Below the pieces are notes generated by a model. It was given only the letters and a program-made list of their open reading frames with translations. It ran no database searches and was not told where the DNA came from. A stretch of DNA of 63,399 nt, filler included, from Aduncisulcus paluster (Eukaryota), in NCBI GenBank assembly GCA_024181965.1. It is 11 parts of 11 records of this genome, joined end to end, with 100 filler letters (N's around TTAATTAATTAA, not from the genome) between each part and the next. Parts side by side here need not be neighbours in the genome. Positions count along the whole stretch, not along the records: positions 19,343 to 30,454 come from BQXS01011721.1; positions 30,555 to 32,869 come from BQXS01011722.1; positions 32,970 to 35,383 come from BQXS01011723.1; 8 more parts are not named here. One strand, given 5' to 3'. Both the position numbers and the translations under genes were made by a program. Of this stretch, positions 23,268 through 35,483 are shown piece after piece; position 1 is the first letter of the stretch, and each line of letters begins with the position of its first letter.

Positions 23268-23390
23268 ATAAAAGTTCAGAATATATCATTTTGTAGTATT
23301 ATAACTTGTTTTCTATGACATTGCATAAAATATCCTCTTCCTTCATCTTAGAGAAATACTTTCGAGGTTTTCCCTTGTTATAATTAATTC

Positions 23391-23567
23391 ATGAAAAAGT
23401 CACCGCTTGAAATTCTTCCTACTCAAGGTTTTATATTTACTGAACTCACAAAACACCCAGAAATTATTGCCAAACCCCAGGTAGTTCCCATACCTTCTGA
23501 AACCCTCAAATCTTTAGAAGAACGAGAAAATGAAGCCATTCAATTGGGTTTGCTTGAAGGAAAATAA
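23391..23567 (+). CDS. BBIP1: BBSome-interacting protein BBIP10/BBS18 (58 aa, below the ORF-track cutoff)
   Basis: MKKSPLEILPTQGFIFTELTKHPEIIAKPQVVPIPSETLKSLEERENEA aligns by eye with the BBIP10 core EVLPKQG.LF.E...VLCKPKLLPLKS.TLEKLE. Confidence 0.8.
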   Translation: MKKSPLEILPTQGFIFTELTKHPEIIAKPQVVPIPSETLKSLEERENEAIQLGLLEGK

Positions 23568-23891
23568 TTATCAAACTATTTCTATTTATTAGATTCCGAA
23601 TTTCTATCAAGTATCTCTCAATATTTCATTTTATATATTATAGTATCTCTATTCTCGGAAAATACATTTTCTAATCTTAAACACACCATTTGACTTCTCT
23701 TTATCGCATGATACCTCAGATAATATACTATGTTATATCTCATTTGAATATGATATTATGTTGACACGTTATTTGCAAGTGATAACGCTTCTCATCTACT
23801 TGTCAATAAATTCACAGTAAATAACATATGATAGTACTCATATTGGAAATTTACTACAAAAAACTCGGCATAATTTGAAAATGTTATTTCT

Positions 23892-24374
23892 CTACTTAGC
23901 TTCATCTCTTTCGGCCAATTTGGCCTTCAATTCATCATTTTCTTTCTGTAAACGAGCTATTTCTGCCTGCAATTGGGAAACGGTATCTCTCTCACCAGTA
24001 GACATTTGTTGTTTTAAATATCTGAAGTATTGTAAAATAAATAAAATAAAATAAACAAAAAAAATATATATTAAATAGAATTGATAAATAAATTATTGAA
24101 TGAAATCAAAAGAACTAAACGAATTTATCAAGAACGTCTGAAACATACTCCAATGGGTTTGAAGGCTTGTTTCTCTCTTCATAGAGGGCAACAAACGATT
24201 TTGTAAGTTGATCAATAATCCCGTACCTTTCCAAATACCTTCTGAAGGCATCTTTACGTTGTTCTGGACTCTAAAAACAGAAAATCGAAGGAGAGGAGAA
24301 TATTAGTTAAAATATTACAAATTTAATAAATGCGAAAGAAAAATAAGAAAACATACCATTGAATAGGAGGACAT
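23892..24374 (-). CDS. MYCBP: c-Myc-binding protein (MYCBP/AMY-1/FAP174), 3 exons: 24374-24357, 24270-24149, 24021-23892 (89 aa)
   Basis: Spliced product MSSYSMSPEQRKDAFRRYLERYGIIDQLTKSFVALYEERNKPSNPLEYLKQQM...ENDELKAKLAE; two GTATGT..AG introns of 86 and 127 nt. Confidence 0.92.
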
Positions 24375-24523
24375 TTTTATGTGTATGAATAGGAGCTGTC
24401 AAAATAACGACTTTCGAATTGACTTGGACGGTGTTTTACCGGCTCAAAACTGTAAAAGAAAAAGTAGAGATGAAACACAATCATCGAGATTTGTGAGGGT
24501 GTGGGTAAAATAGCATAATACTA

Positions 24524-26356
24524 ATGAGTTTTGACGATTTTGAGTTAGAGAAAAATATAAAAAAGGCTTTGAAGAAACGCTCTTTCAAGCAACCCACCGC
24601 TGTACAAAAAGCTCTCATTCCAAAAGTTCTAGTTGGAAAGGATGCGCTCGTAACAAGTCCCACGGGAACAGGAAAAACTATAGCATATACTGTACCCCTG
24701 TTGAATAATGTTTTTATTGAAAAAGAGAGAGAATCCTTCGAATCAACAATTGAGCCCAAACCTTATGCATTAATTTGTGTTCCAACTTCAGATTTAACAC
24801 TGCAAGTAGCCGATGTTATTTCTAATATCGCTATGTTCACCCATGTGATGATAGCTGGTCTTACAACTTTAAAGAAAGCCGAAATCAGAGGTTTCGTTCA
24901 AAATGTTGATATTATCGTTTGTACTCCTGCTCACGTGAGAAAAGTTCTCGAAATATTCCCCTCGTTTTTGTCAAATATTCGTACAGTAATTCTCGATGAA
25001 GCCGATATGTTGGTTGCCTACCAATATGGGGCTGATTTAAAGGAAGTATTATCGAGAATTCCTTCCAAATCTCAAAGAATTCTTGTTTCTGCCACGTTGC
25101 CATCCGCTGTTCAAGATATTGCCAAACTTGCTCTCCGGGAACCTGAAGTCGTTGATATGAAGGATTTGAGCACCGCAGCTTCCAAGGACTCTTTTCCCAC
25201 TCATCTTGTGATTCGTATCCCTGAAAAAGAGAAGATGTATGTTCTTTTTGCCCTCATCAAACTTGGACTCATTCAAGGTCGTTGTCTTGTTTTTGTGAAC
25301 AAGTCCCAGCGAGCTTATGCTCTTCGCCTCATGCTCTCGATGTTTGGTGTTGATTGTGCGTGTCTCACCGGTGACGTTCCCGTTGAGTCTCGTAAGCGTG
25401 CTGTTGAGCAATTCAATCGTGGTGTGATCCAAACCTTATTTGTTGCTGATCCTGGAGAAGCCATTGATGTTAAAGTTCCTTTACTTGAGAAGGAAGAAGA
25501 AGGTGAAGAAGATGACAAAGTAGCTGCGAAGGAAACTGATACCCTTGAGGGCGACTCATCTCGTAAGAGTTCTGCTGATGATTTCTCCGGATCGAGAGGA
25601 ATCGATTATAAGTTCGTGAGTTGTGTGATTAATTACGATATTCCCCTCAATCCCAGATCTCTGATCCATCGTTCAGGCAGGACAAAAAGGGGACATGCCA
25701 AGAAGGGAACTGTGCTGACTCTTTGTGCGGACAACGAGGGAGAGTTCGATGGAACCATGATTCAGAAGGGATGTGCCCTGAGCTTCCCCACTGAGGAGGC
25801 TGAACAACAACGTAGTGTGGTTGCAGCTGCTGCCCGTGAGATGGCCGCCCTCACTGGTCAGCTGGAGGATGTCGTGTTCAAACATTTTGCTTTTGATATG
25901 AGTGTAGTTGACCCATTTAAATACCGCATCAACAGTGCCATATCAAGTGTTACTCACCGTCTGGTTGAGCGAGTTAGAGCTTCAGAAATCCGGAAAGAGT
26001 TGCTCAGATCGAAAGATTTGTGTGAGAAGCTCCATTTGAATTTCAATGATCTTAAATTACTCCACACGGTCAGTCTTAAAGAAATGGGAAAGAGCGATAC
26101 GTTGAGCTCATTCCCTTCATATTTAAAACCCACAAAAGCCACTATCGAGGACAAAATACGAATGCGGGAAGAGATGAAATTAAGCTGTTTAGCGGGAAGT
26201 ATGACACATAAGCAACGTGCCAAGGCTAAAAAACAACAGCAAAAAAGAGAAAAAAGGGCCAAGAAAACAGAAAAGAAATTGGGCCATGGCTTGAAAAGTA
26301 AGACCAAAGAAAAGAGAAAGAAGATCATGAAAGGAGGTTTAAAACGCCGAAAATAA
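24524..26356 (+). CDS. DDX56: DEAD-box RNA helicase DDX56/Dbp9
   Basis: Q motif, TGTGKT, DEAD, SAT, HRSGRT; Dbp9-type C-terminus FKYRINSAISSVT..RASEIRKELLRS; Lys-rich tail. Confidence 0.9.
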   Translation: MSFDDFELEKNIKKALKKRSFKQPTAVQKALIPKVLVGKDALVTSPTGTGKTIAYTVPLLNNVFIEKERESFESTIEPKPYALICVPTSDLTLQVADVISNIAMFTHVMIAGLTTLKKAEIRGFVQNVDIIVCTPAHVRKVLEIFPSFLSNIRTVILDEADMLVAYQYGADLKEVLSRIPSKSQRILVSATLPSAVQDIAKLALREPEVVDMKDLSTAASKDSFPTHLVIRIPEKEKMYVLFALIKLGLIQGRCLVFVNKSQRAYALRLMLSMFGVDCACLTGDVPVESRKRAVEQFNRGVIQTLFVADPGEAIDVKVPLLEKEEEGEEDDKVAAKETDTLEGDSSRKSSADDFSGSRGIDYKFVSCVINYDIPLNPRSLIHRSGRTKRGHAKKGTVLTLCADNEGEFDGTMIQKGCALSFPTEEAEQQRSVVAAAAREMAALTGQLEDVVFKHFAFDMSVVDPFKYRINSAISSVTHRLVERVRASEIRKELLRSKDLCEKLHLNFNDLKLLHTVSLKEMGKSDTLSSFPSYLKPTKATIEDKIRMREEMKLSCLAGSMTHKQRAKAKKQQQKREKRAKKTEKKLGHGLKSKTKEKRKKIMKGGLKRRK

Positions 26357-26589
26357 GTTATTTTATGCAATTTAATAAATATTCATTATTTTTCCCTTCT
26401 CTATTATCGATTCTATGCCGGCAAGAAAAAAAGCAATCCAATTTAGCCCGATTATTTCAAAGGGAATAATTTTCTTCTTCTTCATGCAACTCAAAACACA
26501 AATAAAATAAACCTTTTCTCCATTAATAAATGTACTTCAAGCTCCTAAAATAATAGAGCCTTGTTTTCTCTGAAAGCAATTTAGATCAC

Positions 26590-27314
26590 ATGAAGAAGCC
26601 TCTAAGCAAGGTAATAATGGTTGGAACATCACAAGTATGTTATAACATTGCATTTTAAGTTCTTTCTTTCCGAATCACCATCGAATTTATTTTTGACATC
26701 ATTATGAATAATATTTTGACTATTAGGTTGGTAAAACATCTATATGTCTAAGATTAAAAACAAATACCTTCATCGATTCCGCCTTTTCTACACTTGGTAC
26801 CGATTTCATGTTATCCAAACTAAAATCACCTGATGGAAGAGTTATTCAAGCAAGAATATTCGATACTTCAGGTCAAGAAAGATTTTCAAGGCTTGTGTCT
26901 GGATTTTTTCATGGCTCTGACCTTGCTATCTTTGTTGTCAGCTTTGATGAAATCGAGTCCCTGTCTGAGCTTGAATCCAAAGTTGATGAGGTTGATGAGC
27001 ATTGTGATCCTCCTCCTCTCAAATTTCTTGTTCTAAACAAAATCGATTTGCCCGGTGCCCTTGATGGATCGTGGCCCTTGAAACGAGAGGACGTTGAGGC
27101 AGCCAGTGAAGAACTTGGTTTTGATAGAATCTACCTCACATCAGCTAAAACAGGTGAAGGAATTTCTGAGCTTTTTGAGGATGTTGCTAAAGAACTTCTA
27201 GGTCTTGTCAGAATGGATGATGGAGAAGATTCAGAACCTCACGAAACAACAAAATTAGTCGATCATGATGATTATGATGATGAAGATATGGGCAAAGGAT
27301 GTTGTTGCAAATAA
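26590..27314 (+). CDS. Rab-family small GTPase, 2 exons (26590-26634, 26727-27314; 210 aa)
   Basis: G1 VGTSQ/VGKT split by a 92-nt GTATGT..TAG intron; TLGTDF, DTSGQERF, NKID, TSAK, C-terminal CCCK. Confidence 0.92.
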
Positions 27315-27982
27315 TTATTTTTGACAATATGAATGTAGTTTTTTTAATTTCTTCAATTTCTACCGACTCGATCAAAGATCGGACCTCTCAAAAATTAAAT
27401 ATCAACATAACATCATGCCTGTTATGTGAATTAGTTTATTTTTACGTATACATAGGCTTGAGTCAACATATTTTGAATATTAGTGAAAAATCCTGCTCAG
27501 AATAATTTTCAAGAGTTGGTTCCACATTTTCCATAATTTCATTATATTTTTTGTTGTTTTCTATGCATTTATCTTCTCTTCAATTTGCAGATTTCTGATA
27601 TTGTTTTTTGACTCCATCGTCTCTCTCGCTTCTCGCTCATCCATCTTACAATGGTCATCTTTTATTATTATTGATTATTATTTCATATTTATTGTGTGTT
27701 TCTGTTCAGAATAAATTTCCATGATCATGTTCACCAAAAAATGAATTGATTTTGAACAAAAACAATAAAAATCTTTACATAAACCTGATTTTCCCCTTGT
27801 TATATTTTCTGAAGATAATGCATTACATATTTTTTTAAAAACGTCGAATTTGTTGTGTCTTAACATTTGTATGTATTATTTTCTTTTTGAATTTTGTATT
27901 GTAGTTTAAGTATAGTTAAATTTACGGAACTATTTTTAATTTTATTATTGAATTATTGCCCAGAAATATTTCCATTGATAAA

Positions 27983-30454
27983 ATGGAATCCGACAAAGAT
28001 ATAGACGTTACTCAAAATGAAGAAGAAGATAATTGGTTAGATACAAGTGATGGCGAACGAGGTTTTGTTCAGACTCCCGTTCTTGTCTTTGGAACTAAAA
28101 CAGATCCGTCTCCAAAACCCGATAATTTAATTCAGGATTCGTCAATTCTTGGAAGTACCTTGATAACTCAACCGAGTGATATTGAACATACGGCTTCCAT
28201 TTCCAAAACAGATATCTCCCATATTTCCGATAAAATCACAGAACTCAGCCAACCGAAAGAATTTACAACTAGTGACAATACAAACGAAGATATTTCATAT
28301 CAAGACGGTGAAAATGAAGAAGTCTACGACTATGAATATGAAGAAGAAGACGTGATGAATGATCAAGCACTACCTCCTTCTAATCCAGCAGTTATTGGTG
28401 AAAATATTGACATAAAACCAGAAGATATTGAAGAATCATACGAAGAAGAAGAATATGAAGAGGAATATGAGGCGGAAGTTGATAAATTTGACCCAAAGCG
28501 TTTTTTAACAAGTTTTTCTTTTCCGAAGGCATTACCCTTGCCTCCTTTAATTAAATTAACAGAAAAATTAAATTCAATTTCAAATAGCTGTGAATCGGAT
28601 CTCTCGAAATCAATTTCTGATGCTGCTATGGAAAAAGCTGTCAACAAAGAGAAAGACTATGCCGTTCTCGTTGAAGAAATGCTTGAAAAGGGTTATCCCG
28701 AGGGTTTTGTCTCGGTTATGCGTCAAGAGATGAAACGTTTACAGTATACAGCGAAGAAACAAGAAACGATGTCTCAGATTTTTTCTACCGAAGCCACCGC
28801 CGCTCCTTCGACCGCTCTCACCCGTGCACATGTCGATGTGATGTTCCGCCTTATAACTCTGAGTTCAGACTCTATGAAATCGCACCTGAGATCTCCATCT
28901 GGGGTCCAAAAGCATGCGAAGTCCATTGAAGCTGCTTTGACCCATTTGATCGACATTTTTGAAAGGAATCTTGTTCCAAATATGTTCTCATTACTTTCTC
29001 AATATGAGATTATGGGTAGAATCTGTGCCCAGAAAATGAATGAGTATGAGAAGGAAGCAAAACAAGCCAAAGATGAGAGAGATAAAGCAACTCGAGATTA
29101 TGATGCCCTGAAGACACACACGTCTCTTCTCGAGGAGCTTGTTGCCTCGTATGGTCCTCACAAGTTCGTGAAGAAACTCTCATATGGTTTTACTGAGGAA
29201 ACGTCTGGCCAACAACCTTCCAAGTATTTGCAACAGATGGCTCTTGCTACAGCAGATGCAAAGGCTGAGGAGATCCACAGCATTAGAACCGCGATGACGA
29301 CTATGGCGAAATCTACGAAGAAAGCAAGAAGGAAATCTTTTGAACAACCTACGCTGGCTTCCTCATTGCATATAAATCCAAATGTCCCACGTCTGGCATC
29401 TCCTGGTAGTGTCCATTCGATTTATGTCAAGAAAGTGTCAAAGCGACCACACTCCTCAATGTCAAAGGTAACAGGAATGCCGACAACAAGTGATCAGGCT
29501 CATACTGATGAGTATGAAGACATGCCCGATGGAAGTCGAAGAGAGAAAAGTAACACCCCGGGCCCATTCTCAAGATCCGGATATACTGCAGTCATGAGTA
29601 TGTCAGATCTTGATGGAACCAAGCCAAGACATCAGACTAGAGCTCAACAACAGTCCACTGCTGGACCAAAGAAGAAAGGACAAGATACGATTTCCAAACG
29701 TCGTAAATCGCGAAACATGAAAGAAAAAGCCATCGTTCGTGAAGTTCAACGAAGGTTTTCAGGTGTGAGATCCACTCCGTTCCCCTTTTCAGAGAGACCT
29801 GTTATTCCCGGAGATAAATCAACTGATCAACGTTCGATATCCATTGGAACTTCCTTCAAAATTACTGGCCATGGCCCCGCACCTACATTTCCAACCCACA
29901 CTCCAACCCTTCCTTCCCTGTGTGCTTCTATCAAGAATATTATGAATGGTTTATCTGTTATTTTGTTCCCTTCTTCTCCTTCGTTCTCTAGCCCTTCAAA
30001 GTTGGGCGGTGTGTCCAAGGCTCCATCCTCGAGCTCTGCCTCCCCTCGTGTGATTGGAGTCGTTGAGTATCTATATCGGCAAAACTCCCATAAGTATGGA
30101 TTTGGGAAGCTTGTACGTGAGCAAGTCACCAATACTATTGGATACTGTCGTTCATATAGTGATGTAAATGCCATATGTTCTTGTTTCTACCACTGTGCAT
30201 GTGGACGTGCCAGTATCAGTATTTGGAAGGATATTTTGCGTGTCCGTAAGAAATGTATTGATGCCATTGCTGCTGCCCAATGTAGTTATGATCGCATGCT
30301 TGGGTTCTCTGAGAGTGTTCATAGTGTCAAGAAAATGCAGGAACACAATGATGTTCTTATCCAGACCATTGTCGTCGCTGCTGCCCGTGTTCTATTCCCC
30401 GACGACTACACCATCAATGGAGATCAACCAGCGATCCCACAAACAGCTGTTAAC
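27983..30454 (+). CDS. Large acidic/coiled-coil hypothetical protein, 3'-partial
   Basis: Frame of more than 820 codons from ATG 27983 to the contig end; no confident family. Confidence 0.75.
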
Positions 30455-30554
30455 NNNNNNNNNNNNNNNNNNNNNNNNNNNNNNNNNNNNNNNNNNNNTT
30501 AATTAATTAANNNNNNNNNNNNNNNNNNNNNNNNNNNNNNNNNNNNNNNNNNNN

Positions 30555-32869
30555 GACATTCAGGTTGGATAGGAGGTTCAGGACAGATATCTTGACATCT
30601 ACCAACAGGACAATCGGGCATGAGAGGGCAAGGACAGTCACCGCAAACAGGATCAGGACAGATTGGTTCATCAGGACAGAATCTCTCAGCAGGAGGACAG
30701 TATGGGCAAGGAGGATAAAGAGGACACCTACAAGCAAGGAATTGATGATCAGGACGCATTCCAATAAGACCATAAAGGGCATCCAAAATGAACAAACGAA
30801 TATCATCAAGAATATCTTTTCCTCTAACATCAGCTTCTTGATCAAACCCAGTAAATGACCTCCTTGGTCTTCTCTTTCTTGTAGAATATTCACGCTCAGA
30901 TCTCTCGCTTCTGGATCTCTCCTCACGAGATCTCTCACTCCTTGATCTCTCCTCACGAGATCTCTCGCTTCTGGATCTCTCCTCACGGGATCTCTCGCTT
31001 CTGGATCTCTCCTCACGGGATCTCTCGCTTCTGGATCTCTCTTCTTCGGATCTCTCACTTCTAGATCTTTCTTCTTGAGATTTTTCACGTCTTGAATCCT
31101 TTTTACGAGAATCCTTCTTGTCCTTACGTTGGTCTTGCTTGGAGTTGTTCTTGGATTTCTTGTCTTTGTTTGACTTTTTAGATTTACGACGTTGTTCCTC
31201 TTCCTCTTCGGATTTCCACTGACGGCGCCATGGGAGGTCTTCAGAAGAAGAAGATTCTCCACGAGATCTCTTTTTGATTAGAACACGCCGAGCCTTTCTT
31301 TCTTTCTTAAGTTGTAATTCATGAGACTTTCTGTGTTGTTTTGGAACCTTGCAATACGCTCTTGGATCAGGGCAAACCTTCAAACCACAAGGAGGATAAG
31401 AGGGACATTCCTCACTTTCAGAACAGTCTTCTTCTTCAGAAGTGCATCCGCCAGAGCAAGAATCTTGCTCATAAACAGGGCACTCGGGACATTCCTCAAA
31501 ATCGCTGGATGAACATACAAGTTCGGTTGGACAGAGAGCTAACTTCGCATCACAAAGTTGTTGACAGGTTTCAGCTAAGACAATGGGATCGAGGTCGGGA
31601 CACTCAACAATGATTTCGGGACATTCAGGAGCAACTTCACAGATTTCACAAACTGGTTCCAATCCTTCATTGGGACATTCGAGAAGTTGGAGGTCAACAC
31701 AATCGGGAAGTGAAATGAAAGGAAGTTCAAAATCAATGTCAGCAAGCCAATCTCCATCATAGCATAATTCAGTAGCATCACAGTTACCCAATTCATTGCA
31801 GCGGTAAGCATGAATGATTGAAAGAATAGCAAGGAAAGTCTCAAATTCATCAGAATCATTGTCTACTGTTTGCAAATATTGTACAATTGGACCCAAGTTA
31901 ATATATGATGGAATGTTATTAATGATTTCTGGAGCACAACTGATGACCAATGGAAGACTGAAATTATAAAGGAGTTCATTAATATCACAAGCACCATCGG
32001 TTCCCTCAAGAATATCATCGGCAATTTGTGATAGCCAACCATTAACATCATCTATTATATCCTTTTTGTTAACATATGGGCGCCTCTCTCTTCTGTCACT
32101 GTATCTATCATCACTCTCAGAACCCCAGTTAGAACGAGAAGAATTCTCCCAATCCTCACTCCACTCATTGCGGCTATCATGTGAGTCTTCACAACTACAC
32201 TCACTATCATCATCATCACAAGAATGGTGGGAATTTCTACGTTTCTTTTCCTTTTGCCTCCGCTTATCCTTCTTCTGTTTCTTGCGGTGCCTCTTCTTTC
32301 CACAGTGCCATTCAGGCTTCTCCTCAAGTTCATAGCAACAGTCATCAATAACAACACAATCGGAACAGTGTTTGATTTGAGGACCACGGCATTCCTTGGC
32401 AGATTCACAGCTTCCATGGAAGTGAGGAGGTTTACATTGGTATCTTGTACGATGGTTCCAACGTTTTTCATTGTTCCACTCACCGAAGTCAAACCAATCT
32501 CTGTCTTCTTCTCCTTTACAGTTTTTGTGGTCATGATCATGCCCTTTCTTCCACCATCTATGCGTTCCACCTTCTTGACAATGTTCCTCTTTCTTCCAGT
32601 CCCAACAATGAGCATCCCCTTCTTTCCAGTGTTTCTGACCGTCAACCTTCCAGTACATCTTTCCATCCTTTTCCCAGAAGTCCTCACCATCACGAGAATA
32701 GACATCACACTTCTCATCCCTATCATATCTCTTCTCTCCTTCCTTGTAGTATTTCTTAGATTTAGGTCTCCATGGGCCAGGTTCGTACTCATCCATATAT
32801 CCACGTCCCCCATCATGTTTAGGTTGACCGAAATAATCATGATCATGATAGTATTCACCATCCTCATCC
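30555..32869 (-). CDS. Internal fragment of a Cys/Pro-rich protein with Trp/His-rich and RS/RE-repeat blocks
   Basis: Frame open across the contig; CPECP/CPDP motifs and (EERSRSERSR)n. Confidence 0.75.
30899..31080 (-). repeat. Coding 30-bp minisatellite, about 6 copies (EERSRSERSR)
   Basis: gatctctcgcttctggatctctcctcacg units with synonymous variation. Confidence 0.9.
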
Positions 32870-32969
32870 NNNNNNNNNNNNNNNNNNNNNNNNNNNNNNN
32901 NNNNNNNNNNNNNTTAATTAATTAANNNNNNNNNNNNNNNNNNNNNNNNNNNNNNNNNNNNNNNNNNNN

Positions 32970-34221
32970 CGTCCAATTTTGGGTTTCTATGCTTTGATTT
33001 CGTTCGAAGAGATTTAAATTGACCAATTACAAAAGCAGAAGAAGAAGAGGAGGAAGATTGAAGCAAATGATCTTTCCCCTTTCCTCCTCCTCCTCCTCTT
33101 CTCTCCTCTTCTTCTCTCTTCTTCTTCTTCTCTTCTTTCTCTTTCTCTTCTTCTTCTGCAATCAAACTCATTTCCATTCTCCTCTCTCTCTTCTTTTTCC
33201 TCTCTCTTCTTTTTCTCATATCCTTCGAAAAATACAAGGATCTTTCTTTTGCTTGAATCAACGCTCTTTCATTGTCATTTTTTCCTTCGTCATCGTCTTT
33301 TCCAGCTAATTCTTGAATATGGACTCCATATTTCCGAAATAACTCACTAACTTCATTCTTTGTCTTCCCGACTCCTCTTTCTTTTGCTTGGATTAAGATA
33401 TCACGTTCATCTCCAAGATTTAGAAGATATTTATGAGAAGCGCTGTAATGTGAAGGAGGTTGAGTTTGTGCAGAAGGAATAAGAGGTCTAGACATTCGTT
33501 TTACATAGTTTGAATGCTTTAGACTCACACTCAGACCACTCTCTTGACCAATTGAAGATAAAATAGAGTATGAATCACCATTTTCCCAACGATAATCACC
33601 AGTTTTCCAGTCGCGCGAGAAAATCTTTTCAAACACTTTTTTCCCATCTGTTCCTTGTTCATCTTCAGCTAATAATATATCTAGAATATCGTCATCCTCT
33701 CCATGAGGGTTTTTTTTATGTTTTAGCCCCGATTCCACAGCCAGATCAGCTGCCACTCGATCAGACCAAAGAAGAGAAGAAAATCTAGCCTTTTCACGTT
33801 TTTTCTTTTTCAATTTCGATTTAAATTTCTTTTTTTCAACCATCATCATCAATCTTTTTTGATTAAAAACATCTTTGGAACCCAATTCAAATTGTCTTTC
33901 TGCCATAGAACAAAGTCGTCCAATTTCAATGTTTGTGCATCCCATTTGTGTTAGATTGCGTTGTTGTTTCGCGAGCGCTCTTTCTCCATCAATTAAAGCT
34001 TTTGCTGATTGAAAAGAACGCGGTAAATGAGATAATTCAGAAACAGGCATTACAGGACCAAAAACTTTTTTAACCGATTTAATACGCTTATCTTCTTGTT
34101 TTTTAATTTCATCGAGTCGTTTTTTAGCCCTTTTTTGAAGTTTCAGGGCTTGTTCGTGCTTCTTTCGAACTTCGCCAATAACATAAAGTTTAGCAACCGG
34201 TGGATCATAGTATTTAGGCAT
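32970..34221 (-). CDS. Lys/Glu-rich hypothetical protein, 3'-partial
   Basis: ATG 34221 after an AT-rich leader; open to the contig end. Confidence 0.7.
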
Positions 34222-34784
34222 AATGTAACTTTTAAAATAAAATTAACATAAAAATAAATTTGATAATATTGTTATTGGAACAGAAAAATGGGAATTTGAT
34301 TTTTGGTCGATGAAACAACAAATAAAGCGAATAATTAGATCATATATTGAATTTATTTTGAGTATTATAATAAATATCTTCTTATATTTGAAATTTAATT
34401 TTGATAAACAAGAGATAGAGTCGTTTTTTGCCAAGTAGAAGTTAAATCATAGAAATATATAAATTTTTAAATATTTATATCTATATATGATTTAGATACA
34501 TTGTCATATTTTGGAAAAAAACAATTTCCACACACGGGATCTTGAATCTTCGGATTTGGCAAGAATTAGACATATTTGAAATAATTTATTAAAAAGAACA
34601 TGAGACCTAGTATGTTATCAAACACAATATTAAAATTCTGATCGTATTTTCCTGACAATTTCTTTTCTGGCTAATTCACCTACTTTTATCTTTCGATAAT
34701 TCAATTTCCTTTTCAAATCAAGCACAATCAACGATTTCTCATGTTCATTCCCAATCGCACCTACAGAAACAAAGCTCATTTATT

Positions 34785-35383
34785 ATGCATAATCCATTGG
34801 AAGGACCTATTCCGTCCCCAACCTCCAAACAAGAGTCAATCCCTGTTAAAAAGGATCCATATCCTTATCCAAAACAGCCACAAGTATCTTTACATCAACA
34901 ACAATCGATTCATAGGTCTTCTTCTTCGTATGGACCCATTTCTCCATCTTCTCCTTCTTCCAACCCAGGATCTCTGCATTCAAAAACCGGACAAATTCAA
35001 TATCCTAAAAAAATCTCTTCTTCCTCTTCTTATTCAAGTGGATCTGGTTCTACTTTTCCCCGATCTTCATCATTTGTAAATTCAAATCCATTGGCTGCTC
35101 CTTCGTCTCAAGTTCCTTCTTCTTCCACCGTTTCCCAATCTCAACCGTCCCCAAAAGTAACTTCTTCGACCTCAATCCATTATATAAATCCTTTGCTTAG
35201 CCACGCAGATAGAATGACCCCTCACACCTCCTCTTCCTCTTCCTCTTCCTCTTCCTCTTCCTCTTCCTCTTCCTCTTCCTCTTCCTCTTCCTCTTCTTCG
35301 GCACAACAACGACCTTTCTCAGCAAGTTATGCCCCTCCATTATACGTCCAAGGATATGATTCTTATGGCTCAAATAGTATCCC
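34785..35383 (+). CDS. Ser/Pro-rich N-terminal fragment, 3'-partial, with (TCTTCC)n poly-Ser at about 35228-35298
   Basis: Open to the contig end; divergent from the 34221 gene. Confidence 0.6.
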
Positions 35384-35483
35384 NNNNNNNNNNNNNNNNN
35401 NNNNNNNNNNNNNNNNNNNNNNNNNNNTTAATTAATTAANNNNNNNNNNNNNNNNNNNNNNNNNNNNNNNNNNNNNNNNNNNN

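Noticed and set aside
27480..27870. Short minus-strand ORFs between Rab and the 27983 gene
   Set aside because: AT-rich with no recognisable motif or convincing splice model.
30899..31080. CRISPR-like periodic repeat
   Set aside because: No unique spacers; in-frame coding minisatellite in a eukaryotic gene.
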